Counted from the first letter of the stretch, positions 1-16,085 are shown. The stretch: DNA of 64,000 bases from an uncultured delta proteobacterium (GCA_963806225.1 CAWDXG010000004.1:1248001-1312000); one strand, 5' to 3'. Notes: generated by a model from the sequence alone, not told the origin. Translations and numbers: made by a program.

Positions 1-497
1 CGCAGTACAAGGCGTTCTTGAGCAAGGTCCTCGCTTCAGCGGGCCAGACGCTGCCCTACTACGGCATCGAGCACGACGCGCCGGACGGCTCGTGGACGAG
101 CAAATTCGTTTTCATCGCCGCCAACGCGTGGACGGACGCGCAGGGCGTCTGGCTCGACAAGACGCTGTCCGTGCCGACGACCTACACCTTCATCGTGCGT
201 CACGAGCCGAGCAGCGCCAGCACCGCACCCGGCGTCAAGCCCTCCGACGCGATCATCGCCAAGCACCCGTACACGCTGATCATCGTCGGGCACATCCACA
301 CCTACAGCCACAACGGCCGGGAAGCGATGTTCGGCAATGGCGGCGCGCCGAAGAGCGGCACCAAGGGCTGGGGCTTCGGCCTGTTCCACCGGCGCGCAGA
401 CGGCGCGATCCAGGTCGAGGCGCGCGACTACCAGACCGCCGCGCCCGATCCATCGTTCACGTTCGCGGTGCACGCGGACGGAACGCCCGCGCCGTGA
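1..497 (+). CDS. Calcineurin-like metallophosphoesterase, C-terminal part (5' truncated by window)
   Basis: IVRHEP, VGHIHTY and GNGGAP motifs of the metallophosphoesterase C-terminal half. Confidence 0.65.
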   Translation, partial: QYKAFLSKVLASAGQTLPYYGIEHDAPDGSWTSKFVFIAANAWTDAQGVWLDKTLSVPTTYTFIVRHEPSSASTAPGVKPSDAIIAKHPYTLIIVGHIHTYSHNGREAMFGNGGAPKSGTKGWGFGLFHRRADGAIQVEARDYQTAAPDPSFTFAVHADGTPAP

Positions 498-1201
498 AAC
501 GCGCCGCGCTGCTCGCGGCGCTGGGCGGCGTTCTCCTCGCGTCGCTGGCTCTGTACAAGATCCGCCACCATGCGCCGGCGCAGTCTCTCGCATCGGCGCA
601 GCCCAGCGCATCGGCCGCGCTCTTTGGCCCCGTACTACGCATCGCTCGCGCCCGCGTGCCCGTGGAGATCGACGCCGAACCGCAGGACTGGCGCGGACCA
701 CATGCACAGACCGGCGTGTGGAAAAGCGTGGACGGCCGCCGCGCGCCGGATTCGGAGGCGCACCTGTCGTGGGGCGACGGCAAGCTGTACGTGCTGCTCT
801 ACGCCGCCGACCAGGACATCCGCGCCAGCGTGAAGACGCCGGACGCGCCGCTCTGGCCAGAAGATGCTTTCCGTCTTGCGTTCACGCACGCGAAAGACGC
901 ATCGTCGCGTGTGATCTACGTCTCGCCCATCGGCACGCTCACCGACGAGATCGAGACAGGCAGGCGCGTCGACACCTCGTGGCAGTCCCGCGCCGTTGTG
1001 GCTCACGACCTCGACGGTACGCCGAACGATCCGCGCGACGACGACGAGGAGTGGATCATCGAAATGGCCATCCCGCTCTCGTCCATCGGCATGCGCGGCG
1101 TACCGGGCGCAAGCGTCGGCCTGTCGCTCGGGCGCTGCGACGTGCCGAAGGGCGCCGATCGGCGCTGCACCGCCTGGAAGGGCCGCATCGTCCTGCGCTG
1201 A
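494..1201 (+). CDS. Membrane-anchored CBM9/DOMON-like sugar-binding protein
   Basis: GTG start overlaps upstream TGA (GTGA); N-terminal hydrophobic segment; WGDGKLYV, LWPEDAF, WIIEMAIPLSSIG motifs. Confidence 0.6.
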   Translation: MKRAALLAALGGVLLASLALYKIRHHAPAQSLASAQPSASAALFGPVLRIARARVPVEIDAEPQDWRGPHAQTGVWKSVDGRRAPDSEAHLSWGDGKLYVLLYAADQDIRASVKTPDAPLWPEDAFRLAFTHAKDASSRVIYVSPIGTLTDEIETGRRVDTSWQSRAVVAHDLDGTPNDPRDDDEEWIIEMAIPLSSIGMRGVPGASVGLSLGRCDVPKGADRRCTAWKGRIVLR

Positions 1202-1292
1202 CTGCTGCCCGGGCGGCGCCGGCAGGCCGGCGCGGGCGCCTTCGCTGCAACGCTCGGCTCGCCGCGCGACTTCAGGCTACAGTCGGTGCACG

Positions 1293-2153
1293 ATGAGCCG
1301 GGACCACGGACAATCGAAGGAGCGCGCGGACCCGAAGTCCATGCTGGGACAGCACGGACTGGTCGCGAAGCGCCACTTCGGGCAGAACTTCCTGGCCGAC
1401 GCGCACCTGGCGGCGCGAATCGCGGAGCTGTGCACCACGCCGCCGGGCGGCACCGTGGTCGAGCTCGGCGCTGGGCTCGGCGCGCTGACGCGGCCGCTGC
1501 TCGAGCGAGCAGCGCGCGTCGTGGCGGTCGAGCGCGATCGCGATCTGGTCCCGGTGCTGCGCACCGAGCTCGCCCGGGCGATCGAGGAGGGTCGGCTGCA
1601 GCTGGAGGAAGCGGACGCGAAGGGCGTGAACCTCGCGGCGCTCTTCGCGGGCGGACCGCGGCCTCACGTGCTCGCCGGCAACCTGCCCTACCAGATCAGC
1701 GGGCCGCTTTTGGCGCGCGCGATCGAGCACGGCGCGCTGTTCGATCGCGTGGTGTTCCTGCTGCAGCTCGAGGTCGCTGACCGGCTCGCAGCGCGACCGG
1801 GCGACGAGGCGTACGGCGCGCTGTCTGTTTTCTCGCAGGCGCGCTTCGCGCCACGGCGGGCGTTCGTGGTGCGGCGCGGGGCGTTCTATCCGCAGCCGCG
1901 GGTGGACTCGGCCGTGGTCGTGCTCGAGCCGCTGGAGACGCCCTACGAAGAGACGGAAACGCTGCGCCAGCTCGTCCACGCCGCCTTCGGCAAGCGCCGC
2001 AAGAAGCTCGCCAACGCCTGGAAGGGGTTGTTCGACCTGGATGCCGAGGCGCTGTCGCAGGCGGCCGAGCGGGCCGACGTGGACCTAGGGGCGCGCGGCG
2101 AGACGCTGGATGTGGCAGCCTTCGCGCGTATGGCAGAGGAGCTCGAGCGATGA
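1293..2153 (+). CDS. rsmA: 16S rRNA adenine dimethyltransferase RsmA/KsgA
   Basis: FGQNFL, ELGAGLGALT, GNLPYQIS, FYPQPRVDSAVV, RRKKL motifs. Confidence 0.95.
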   Translation: MSRDHGQSKERADPKSMLGQHGLVAKRHFGQNFLADAHLAARIAELCTTPPGGTVVELGAGLGALTRPLLERAARVVAVERDRDLVPVLRTELARAIEEGRLQLEEADAKGVNLAALFAGGPRPHVLAGNLPYQISGPLLARAIEHGALFDRVVFLLQLEVADRLAARPGDEAYGALSVFSQARFAPRRAFVVRRGAFYPQPRVDSAVVVLEPLETPYEETETLRQLVHAAFGKRRKKLANAWKGLFDLDAEALSQAAERADVDLGARGETLDVAAFARMAEELER

Positions 2154-2629
2154 AGCAGAGGGCCACGGTCGCTGCGACGCTCGCCCTCGCGCTCGGCGCG
2201 ATCAGCGCGTGCCGGAGCAAGCCCGCACCAGCCAACCCGCTGGTGAAGCGCGCGCAGTTCGGGATCTTCTTCGGCGGGCAGGTACAAGAGCGCCGGGAGA
2301 TCCCATTCGAGGTCGACCGCGCCAGGCAGCTCTCGGGCTTCCGCATCGATTTCGACAGGCCGCTTCGCCAAGCCCACGAGGTGAAGTGGGAAATCAGCAT
2401 GCCGGGCGGCGGACGCAGCCGCAAGCGACTGGTCCACGTGGATCAGCAGCAGGTGCACGCCGGGCAGAAGCGACTCGATCACCCCATGCCTTTCAAGCCA
2501 GGCGATCCACTGGGCGTCTGGAACCTCCGGGTCATGGTCGACCGGACGCTCGTCATCGACCGCATGTTCCGCGTGTACGACGCGGCTCGCCGCGCGCGCC
2601 AGCGCGCGCAACGCGACGGCGGCCCCTGA
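2150..2629 (+). CDS. Hypothetical lipoprotein
   Basis: ATGA overlap with rsmA; signal peptide ending ISAC. Confidence 0.7.
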   Translation: MKQRATVAATLALALGAISACRSKPAPANPLVKRAQFGIFFGGQVQERREIPFEVDRARQLSGFRIDFDRPLRQAHEVKWEISMPGGGRSRKRLVHVDQQQVHAGQKRLDHPMPFKPGDPLGVWNLRVMVDRTLVIDRMFRVYDAARRARQRAQRDGGP

Positions 2630-2633
2630 CGCA

Positions 2634-3962
2634 GTGGTGAAGCGAGCCTGCGAGATGGCGTTGAATTGCCGGAGCGGACGCCGGGCGCTGGCGCTGGCGC
2701 TATCGCTGCCGGCACTCGGGGGCTGCGCATCGGCTCGATCGCTGGCAGCCGAGAACGTCGGCGCCCCACTGCACGCAACGGCGCCCACGGCCGCCCTGCT
2801 CGTCGTGGGCGAGGCCAGAGCGGACGTCGAACGGTCGTTCCGGGTTGCCCTGGGACGCTCCGACCGCGTGCGGCTCCGCCCCGCGGAGCAGACACGCCAA
2901 GCCTGGAACCCTCCAACCGACGCATCCGCTCCGACCGTGGAGGAGGCCTGCGACATCGGCCGCAGGCTGCAGGTCGAGAGCGTCATCATCGCGACTGCGC
3001 ACGCCTCGGTCAGCGAAAACTCCTCCTGCGTCGCCACCGATATCTTGAGCAAGAACGGCCGCTGCGTCGCGTACCGCAAGGACGGGACGTACTCCGGCTC
3101 GGTGAGTGCCGACGTGCGCATCTTGGCAACATGGCCGTGCCGGCAACAACTCGCGCTCGGCGTCAGCGGCGGCACGGACGGCAAGGGCGTCCACGACAGC
3201 TCGACGGCGGCGGACCTGGCGCACCAGGCGTTCGAGCGGAATCTCGCGCGAGCCCTACCGGAAGCGTTCCCTATCGGCGCCCGCGTGACCGCGTCCGACG
3301 GCACGCGCGGCCGGATCCCGCGCGGCAGCAACGACGGCGTCCGTCACGGGCAGGTCCTGGGCGTCATGCGCGGCGACACGGCGGCGGGGCACGTGGTCGT
3401 GGACGACGTCCGCTCGCGGAGTGCGGACGTTGTGGCGTTCACAGGCGACGTCACGCTGCGCCGGGGCGACCTCCTGGCGGAATCGGGCACAACCTGTTGT
3501 CTCGAGCTCACGCCGGTGGCTGTGGCGCTCGGGGCAGACGTCGGCGGCCGGAGGCGCGTCGGCGGGGGCGGCGGGCTCCGCGTCGACTGGTACCAGCCGC
3601 TGGGCTCACTCCTGATCTCGAGCACCCTCGCCCGCGTTTCGGTCGGTGACGGCGTCGCCACGAACCTCTGGACCGCCGGAGCCGGCTGGATGTGGCGGAT
3701 CTCCGAGCGCGGCTCGAGGCTGTACGCACTCCTGGGCGGGGGCGTCGAGGACTCGCGCAGCCACGGTCTGCACGCCGAGGGCGTGTTGGGTCAACTTGCG
3801 CTCGGGGCCAAGCTGCGGCTCAGCGACAACTTCTGGTTCGACGGCGAAGCCGGCTGGCAGCTCGGCACACGGATGGAGAGCTGGGGCTCAAGCTCCCCGC
3901 CTCCGTACGTCGACCTCGGCGGCCCGCTCGCACGAGCCGGGGTCGGCCTACGGATCCCGTAG
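2634..3962 (+). CDS. Hypothetical lipoprotein with probable C-terminal outer-membrane beta-barrel (start may be 2655)
   Basis: Lipobox LGGC; FlgT-C-like GSNDGVRHGQVL segment; alternating beta-strand pattern ending ARAGVGLRIP. Confidence 0.55.
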   Translation: MVKRACEMALNCRSGRRALALALSLPALGGCASARSLAAENVGAPLHATAPTAALLVVGEARADVERSFRVALGRSDRVRLRPAEQTRQAWNPPTDASAPTVEEACDIGRRLQVESVIIATAHASVSENSSCVATDILSKNGRCVAYRKDGTYSGSVSADVRILATWPCRQQLALGVSGGTDGKGVHDSSTAADLAHQAFERNLARALPEAFPIGARVTASDGTRGRIPRGSNDGVRHGQVLGVMRGDTAAGHVVVDDVRSRSADVVAFTGDVTLRRGDLLAESGTTCCLELTPVAVALGADVGGRRRVGGGGGLRVDWYQPLGSLLISSTLARVSVGDGVATNLWTAGAGWMWRISERGSRLYALLGGGVEDSRSHGLHAEGVLGQLALGAKLRLSDNFWFDGEAGWQLGTRMESWGSSSPPPYVDLGGPLARAGVGLRIP

Positions 3963-3968
3963 AGCGCT

Positions 3969-6022
<2,054 letters not shown>

Positions 6023-6180
6023 TTCGCTCTCGTCCTGGGGGTTCGCTCGTGGCGCGCTCGGCTCCGATCCAGGCCTTTGCACGGCCTCTCGTCCGGGCCC
6101 GAGCCCGCGCGGCCGTCTAGCACGATGGGACCGGCCTGCCAACGGTCATGACGCGACGCGTGGGCGGGCGTTGCGAGCCG

Positions 6181-7215
6181 TCAACCGTCGAACAGGCGCA
6201 GCTGGCCGCCGCGGTCCGTCGGACGCCTGAAGCTGGCGGGGGCGGGACCGGCCGAGCCGCCCGTTTCCAGCCCCAGCCGTCGCGCCGTGGTCTCGAACAG
6301 GGCGCGGATCGCTTCGGCGTACGGGCCCGAACCGCTCATGCGACGCCCGAAGCGCGGATCGTCCAGACGGCCTCCGCGCGTCTGCCGGACGCGCGCGAGC
6401 ACGCGCTCGGCCGCCAGCGGCAAGGCCTGGCGCAGCCGCCGCTCGAAGACGTGCTGCACGTTGCCCGGCAGGCGCAGCATGACGAGCGCCGCCGAGCGCG
6501 CGCCAGCGCGCGCGGCGGCCTCCAGCACGAGCGGGATATCCCGGTCGTTCAGCCCGGGGATGACCGGCGCCACGTTGACGGTCACTGGGATCCCCGCGTC
6601 GGCGAGCCGCTGCACGGTCCGGAGCCGCCGGACGGGAGTCGCCACCCCCGGCTCGATGGCGCGCGCGTTGTCCTGGTCGAAGAACGGCACGCTCACCGAC
6701 ACGCCGGCGCGCGCGAACGCCGCGAGCCGCGAGAGCACGTCGATGTCCCGCTCCACCAGCGGCGCCTTGGTGATGAGGTGCACGGGATTCCGGTACTCCG
6801 CGCAGACTTCCAGACAGCGCCGCGTGAGGGCGTAGCCGGCTTCGAGCGGCTGGTAGCAGTCGGTGTTGCCGCTGATGACGATCAGCTCGCCCTGCCAGGA
6901 GCGCCGTTCGAACACCTCGCGGAGCAGCGCGGGCGCTCGCGGTTTGACAACGATGCGCCGCTCGAAATCCACACCGCTGCCGAAGCCCAGGTACTCGTGG
7001 CTGGGGCGCGCGTAGCAGTACGCACAAGCGTGCTGGCAGCCCCGGTACGGGTTGAGACTCCAGCGGAAGCCTACGTCGGGGCTGTCGTTTTCGGCGAGGA
7101 TGCTGCGTGAGTGATCCTCGTAGACCTGGAGCTGCTGCGTAGGTGGCTCGCCGAGATACTCGACGTGCGCCGACTGCCAGGGGTTCGGCGGATTGTCGAC
7201 CGGCAGGGCCTTCAC
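6181..7215 (-). CDS. PA0069/Rv2578c-family radical SAM protein (putative DNA repair; longer starts to 7251 possible)
   Basis: NPYRGCQHACAYCYARPSHEYLG CxxxCxxC motif, GNTDCYQPLE, C-terminal QLRLF. Confidence 0.9.
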   Translation of the reverse strand: MKALPVDNPPNPWQSAHVEYLGEPPTQQLQVYEDHSRSILAENDSPDVGFRWSLNPYRGCQHACAYCYARPSHEYLGFGSGVDFERRIVVKPRAPALLREVFERRSWQGELIVISGNTDCYQPLEAGYALTRRCLEVCAEYRNPVHLITKAPLVERDIDVLSRLAAFARAGVSVSVPFFDQDNARAIEPGVATPVRRLRTVQRLADAGIPVTVNVAPVIPGLNDRDIPLVLEAAARAGARSAALVMLRLPGNVQHVFERRLRQALPLAAERVLARVRQTRGGRLDDPRFGRRMSGSGPYAEAIRALFETTARRLGLETGGSAGPAPASFRRPTDRGGQLRLFDG

Positions 7216-7224
7216 CCGCCGATC

Positions 7225-7251
7225 GTTATACTGTAACATCTGTTCAGTCAA
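7225..7251 (-). promoter_or_regulatory. Putative promoter with LexA-like operator
   Basis: Minus strand reads TTGACT-N15-TATAAC with CTGAACAGATGTTACAG between the hexamers; AT-rich patch. Confidence 0.5.
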
Positions 7252-7397
7252 TAGCGAGGGCTCCGGCTGGGGCGGAATGTTGCAGGAACGGGCCGTGAGC
7301 GCGCGCGGGCACGAGCAACAAACGGGCCAGAATCCAAGCAGAAATCCGGGGAATCACGCCTTGGCTCGCGCTCGTTTTGCGGTATGCCTAACTTGCT

Positions 7398-9302
7398 GTG
7401 ATCGGGCAGGAGACCATCGACCGTGTCCGACAACAGACGGGGATCGTTGCGCTTATCGGCGAGAGCGTGAAGCTCCAGAAGCGCGGCCGCAGCCACGTCG
7501 GGCTCTGCCCATTCCACAAGGAAAAGACGCCCAGCTTCCACGTCAACGAGGAGCGCGGCTTCTATCATTGCTTCGGTTGCGGCGCGTCCGGCGACGCCAT
7601 CAAGTTCCTTCAGGAAATTTCCGGGCTGCCTTTCGTGGAGGCGGTCCGGGAGCTGGCGGCTCGTGTGGGTATCGAGGTCGTCGAGGACGCGTCCGACGCC
7701 GAGCGCAAACAGCAGGCGGAAGCGCGGCGCCGGCAGCAGGAGCTGTACGAAGTGGGCAACGCCGCAGCCGCTTTCTTCGAGCGCATGCTGCGCGAGCATC
7801 CGCTGCGACGAGGCGCTCTCGGCGAGCTGGAGCGCCGCGGTCTGTCCCCCACCTCGTCCACCGATTCGATCGCGGACGCGCTGCAGGCCTTCCGCATCGG
7901 CTATGCACCCTACGGCTGGGATCTGCTCTCGCGCTATCTGCTAGACAAGGGTTTCAGTCTGCAGGCCGCGGAAAGGGTCGGGCTGCTGGTACCGCGCAAG
8001 AGCGGCTCGGGGCACTACGATCGCTTCCGGCACCGGTTGATGTTCGCCGTGCTGGATCTGCACGGACGCGTTATCGCGTTCAGCGGCCGCGCGCTCGATC
8101 CGCCGGACGAAGCGGAGCTGCGCGAGGCGGGGCTCGAGGCAATGGGTTCGACGCAGAGCGAGGTCGCCAAGTACGTGAACTCGCCCGAGTCACCCATCTA
8201 CAAGAAGCGCGAGGCGGTGTTCGGTCTGTACCAGGCGCGCCAGAGTCTGCGCAGCGACGCCGAGTGCGTCCTGGTCGAAGGCAACTTCGACGTGATGGGC
8301 TTGCATGCGCGCGGCATCCAGAACGTCGTCGCTCCGCTGGGCACGGCCTTTACTCCCGAGCAGGCCCGCCAGATCAAGCGCTTTGCGCCGGGCGTCACGC
8401 TGCTGTTCGACGGCGATTCGGCGGGCCGTCGTGCGGCCCGTGCCGCACGCGAAGCCTGCCGCGAAGCCGGCCTGCACGCGCGCGTCGCCACGCTCCCGGA
8501 CGGGATCGATCCGGACGACCTCGCGCGCCAACAGGGCGCCGAGGCGGTGCGCCGCGTGATCGGCGCGGCCCGCGGCATGCTGGAATATCTCATCGACAGT
8601 GCCCTCGATGGGGGCTTCGCAGCCGACGACGCGCGGGCCCGGGCAGCAAAAATCCGGGAGGTCACCGAGCTGCTTGCGGCCGAGGACGACCCCGCCGTCC
8701 GCGCCATGGCCGAGCAGCACGCCGACCGCATCGCTGAGCGGCTCGGCATCGCAGATGCCCGCACTTTCCGGGCGCTTGCGGCCTCTGTGCGACACGCCTT
8801 GCGAGAACCGCGCCAAGGCGAGGGAAAGGGCCGACCGAAGCGTGCCGAGCCCCCGTCGAGGGCGCGATCACGAGACCGCCGCTTGGAGATCGGTCTAGAA
8901 ATACTCGGCGCTTTCCTGGACTACCCCCAGCTTCTCGATACACAAGAAGGAGTAGAAGGGGTGCAGCTCCTTGAAGGCGATGCGGCCGCAGCAGTTGCTG
9001 CACTGCGTCAAGCTTGGGATGGAATGGCTTTGACAGACGCCGAACAAGTTCTTGCGAAGCTGGCGCCATCGATCCATCCATTCGCCGCTGCTCGGCTAGC
9101 GGCTCCTCGGCACGAGAAGCTCGAGGACGCGAAGCTGGAGTTTTCGGAGAACGTCAACAAGTTGAAACGGCTCGAGCTGACGCGCCAGAAGTCCGAAGTG
9201 GTGGAGGAACTCCAGCGCGCTGCAGCGAGCGGTGATTTCGACCAGGAAATCACGCTGCTCAGCGAGCACATGCGCCGTGCGCGGGAACGTCACGGTCTCT
9301 GA
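7398..9302 (+). CDS. dnaG: DNA primase
   Basis: CPFHKEKTPSF/CFGC zinc ribbon, KYVNSPE, VEGNFDV, FDGDSAG, DPDD Toprim motifs. Confidence 0.96.
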   Translation: MIGQETIDRVRQQTGIVALIGESVKLQKRGRSHVGLCPFHKEKTPSFHVNEERGFYHCFGCGASGDAIKFLQEISGLPFVEAVRELAARVGIEVVEDASDAERKQQAEARRRQQELYEVGNAAAAFFERMLREHPLRRGALGELERRGLSPTSSTDSIADALQAFRIGYAPYGWDLLSRYLLDKGFSLQAAERVGLLVPRKSGSGHYDRFRHRLMFAVLDLHGRVIAFSGRALDPPDEAELREAGLEAMGSTQSEVAKYVNSPESPIYKKREAVFGLYQARQSLRSDAECVLVEGNFDVMGLHARGIQNVVAPLGTAFTPEQARQIKRFAPGVTLLFDGDSAGRRAARAAREACREAGLHARVATLPDGIDPDDLARQQGAEAVRRVIGAARGMLEYLIDSALDGGFAADDARARAAKIREVTELLAAEDDPAVRAMAEQHADRIAERLGIADARTFRALAASVRHALREPRQGEGKGRPKRAEPPSRARSRDRRLEIGLEILGAFLDYPQLLDTQEGVEGVQLLEGDAAAAVAALRQAWDGMALTDAEQVLAKLAPSIHPFAAARLAAPRHEKLEDAKLEFSENVNKLKRLELTRQKSEVVEELQRAAASGDFDQEITLLSEHMRRARERHGL

Positions 9303-9314
9303 AGAGAGGTAGCG

Positions 9315-11513
<2,199 letters not shown>

Positions 11514-11515
11514 GC

Positions 11516-12019
11516 TCAGTCGTTCTTCGCGCCGAGGCAGATCCAGTCGTAGAGCGTCTGCATTTGTGCGGGTGGGAGCGGCGCGCCGTTCTTCGGCATG
11601 GGCAGGCCCATGCACATGCCGTGGCCGGTCAGCTTGTGCACCAGATAGCTCTGGTCCGGAGCGCCAGGGACGACGAGCGGCCTGCCGTCGCAACACTCGT
11701 GCGAGTGGGCGCTGGTGATCGACGCATAGTCGCTCCAACCGGCGGAGCCGTGACAGGCCTCCCCGCTGCAGCTGCCGGAAAGGAGCGGAGCGACGTCCGC
11801 GGAGAAGCTGACCGAGCTTTGCGAAGGCGTGCAGCCGGCGTCCCCCTTGTCCTGGCCGGCATCCACGCACTGGATTCCTGCGTCGATGAGGAAGGTACCG
11901 GATCCTCCGGAACCCGCTGTTCCCGAATCGCCTGGTACGTTGCTGGGCCCGCTCTGCGGCGAGCTGCTGCAACCGAGCGGTCCCAGCAACAGCGCGAGCA
12001 GGCAGCACAAGCTTCGCAT
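11516..12019 (-). CDS. Lipoprotein with planctomycete-type cytochrome c-like domain
   Basis: Lipobox [46 protein letters not shown] pattern. Confidence 0.7.
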   Translation of the reverse strand: MRSLCCLLALLLGPLGCSSSPQSGPSNVPGDSGTAGSGGSGTFLIDAGIQCVDAGQDKGDAGCTPSQSSVSFSADVAPLLSGSCSGEACHGSAGWSDYASITSAHSHECCDGRPLVVPGAPDQSYLVHKLTGHGMCMGLPMPKNGAPLPPAQMQTLYDWICLGAKND

Positions 12020-12266
12020 CGGTTCAACAAGCAACGGCACGCGGGCGTTATGCCCGCATCGCGAAATCCCATTCTGCCAGCTTTCCGGCCGGCGGTGCCG
12101 GAAGGCGGCATCTTGCGTCGAGCCGTGACCTAGCCGGGTGGGGCGCGGACCTCCCGGTGAGAGGCCGCGCCCGGTACTCCACCGAGCGGGCTGCTTGCAT
12201 CGCGGGCGGCCCGGCGGCAGGTTCAGTCGACCGGCGCTGGCAGGCGCCGCCACGAAAGGGGCCAGC

Positions 12267-14120
12267 ATGTCGAAGAGAGCGTTGTCCGGGTCGGGGAGGT
12301 CGCGCTGCATGCGCGCAACAGCGTCATCGTTCGGCAACGCAGCGCTGGCCGCGCTGCTCGGTCTGGGCGTGTGGTCGGGATGTGGCTCCTCCGGCAACAA
12401 CTCGCCGGGCACAGGCGGAACGGGCGGCGGCCAGGCCGACGCGAGCGCCGGGGCCGCCGGAACGTCGGGCTCGGGCGGCAGTGCGGGCTCGGGCGGCAGT
12501 GCGGGCTCGGGCGGCAGTGCGGGCTCGGGCGGCAGTGCGGGCTCGGGCGGCAGTGCGGGCTCGGGCGGCAGTGCGGGCTCGGGCGGCAGTGCGGGCTCGG
12601 GCGGCAGTGCGGGCTCGGGCGGCAGTGCGGGCTCGGGCGGCAGTGCGGGCTCGGGCGGCAGCGGCGGGGCCGGCCCCGGTTCCGTGCTCGAGTACCACAA
12701 CTCGCCGACGCGCGATGGGCTGTACGTCGATGCGTTGATCACGAAGAACAAGGCGAAGACCACCCACATGGACACGACGTTCAAGGCCTCGCTAAGCGGT
12801 CCGACGTACGCCCAGCCCCTCTACTTTGCCGGCGGTCCCGGCGGGAAGGACCTGGTCATCGCGTCCACCGAGCAGAACGACGTCGTCGCGTTCGACGCCG
12901 CCGACGGCAGCGTGGTCTGGCAGAAGCACCTCGCCACGCCGGTGCCTCTCGGCAAACTGCCTTGCGGCAACATCAACCCGCTCGGCATCACCGGCGCAGG
13001 CGTCATCGATCCGGCGACGCGTCGCCTGTTCGTGGATGCGATGACGACCCCCGACGGCGGAACGACCAAGAAGCACATGGTGTACGCGCTGTCGATCGAC
13101 ACCGGGGCGATCGTCAGCGGTTGGCCGGTGGACATCTCGGCGAAGGTCAAGGACGGCAGCCGCACGTTCAACTCCAGCGTGCAGAACGAACGCGGCGCGC
13201 TCACCATCCTGAACGGCACCGTCTACATCCCGTACGGCGGGCACTACGGCGACTGCGGCACCTACTACGGTTGGCTGGTGGCCATCCCCATCAACAACCC
13301 GGCCGCACCCACAGGCTGGGCCACGCGCGCCCGGGGCGGTGGCATCTGGTCGCCGGTCGGAGTCTCGTCCGACGGCAGCTCGCTATTCGTGGCCACCGGC
13401 AACACCTTTGGCGCCAACACCTGGAGCGACGGCGAGGGCGTGCTCCGGCTCGGCGCCGGCCCGACCTATAGCCAGCAGGCCAAGGACTACTTCGCACCGT
13501 CGAACTGGAAGAGCCTGGACAACTCCGACACCGACATCGGCAGCTCCGGCGCCGTACTGGTCGACGTGCCGGGCGCCACGCCGTCCAAGCTCGCTGTCGC
13601 GATGGGCAAGAACGGCGTCGCCTATCTGCTCGACCGGAGCAACCTGGGTGGCATCGGCACGGGCAACGGTATCACCGGCGAAGGCGTGACGAGCGCGCGC
13701 GTGTCGAACGGCACGCTGATCCAGGGCGAAGTGGCCTACACGACGTCGCAGGGAACCTACGTCGTGTTCAACGGCAGCGCGCTCAACTGCCCCGCCTCCA
13801 ACGGCGATCTTGGAGCGCTGCGCATCAGCAAGACGTTGCCGCCGCAGATCAGCGTGGCGTGGTGCGCCAACCAGGGCGGCGGAGGCTCGCCCATCGTGAC
13901 GACCACCGACGGGCACGCCAACGCCGTGGTGTGGGGCCTCGGCGCGGGCAGCAGCGATCGCCTGCGGGCGTTCGACGGCGACACGGGCCAGGTGCTGTTC
14001 GACGGGACCGGCGCCCAGAACGCCATGCAGAACCTCCGCCGCTACCAGACGCCGATCGCCGCCAAGGGGCGTATCTTCGTCGCCGGGGACAACGCGTTGT
14101 ACGCGTTCACCACGCAGTAG
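12267..14120 (+). CDS. Lipoprotein with Gly/Ser linker and PQQ-like beta-propeller domain
   Basis: RBS-like GAAAGGGG upstream; lipobox WSGC; AFDAADGSVVW, GGGIWS, AFDGDTGQVLF propeller motifs. Confidence 0.75.
   Translation: MSKRALSGSGRSRCMRATASSFGNAALAALLGLGVWSGCGSSGNNSPGTGGTGGGQADASAGAAGTSGSGGSAGSGGSAGSGGSAGSGGSAGSGGSAGSGGSAGSGGSAGSGGSAGSGGSAGSGGSAGSGGSGGAGPGSVLEYHNSPTRDGLYVDALITKNKAKTTHMDTTFKASLSGPTYAQPLYFAGGPGGKDLVIASTEQNDVVAFDAADGSVVWQKHLATPVPLGKLPCGNINPLGITGAGVIDPATRRLFVDAMTTPDGGTTKKHMVYALSIDTGAIVSGWPVDISAKVKDGSRTFNSSVQNERGALTILNGTVYIPYGGHYGDCGTYYGWLVAIPINNPAAPTGWATRARGGGIWSPVGVSSDGSSLFVATGNTFGANTWSDGEGVLRLGAGPTYSQQAKDYFAPSNWKSLDNSDTDIGSSGAVLVDVPGATPSKLAVAMGKNGVAYLLDRSNLGGIGTGNGITGEGVTSARVSNGTLIQGEVAYTTSQGTYVVFNGSALNCPASNGDLGALRISKTLPPQISVAWCANQGGGGSPIVTTTDGHANAVVWGLGAGSSDRLRAFDGDTGQVLFDGTGAQNAMQNLRRYQTPIAAKGRIFVAGDNALYAFTTQ
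12468..12661 (+). repeat. Perfect 18-bp tandem repeat, about 10.8 copies, encoding GSGGSA
   Basis: GGCTCGGGCGGCAGTGCG repeated with identical codons. Confidence 0.97.
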
Positions 14121-14121
14121 G

Positions 14122-15966
<1,845 letters not shown>

Positions 15967-16085
15967 ACAGCCGCCAGGAACATCTAGGAACAGTTTGCTA
16001 CTGGAAGCTACACTCTGCAACGCTCTGGAACATCAGTGCTCGGACGAGGATCCGCAAGTACTTGGAATCGTTGAGGACACTACTT

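Noticed and set aside
8880..9100. AT-richer patch in the dnaG 3' end as foreign DNA
   Set aside because: The frame is continuous; an internal rpoD promoter is more likely, but no convincing -10 was found, so it is not called
12468..12661. Tandem repeats here and at 45041-45160 as CRISPR arrays
   Set aside because: No unique spacers, unit lengths are multiples of three, they lie in frame inside genes, and no cas genes are present
12020..12784. Pro-rich PPEPAL N-terminal extension of the cytochrome-like ORF
   Set aside because: It is the antisense reading of the GSGGSA repeat; the signal peptide starts at 12019
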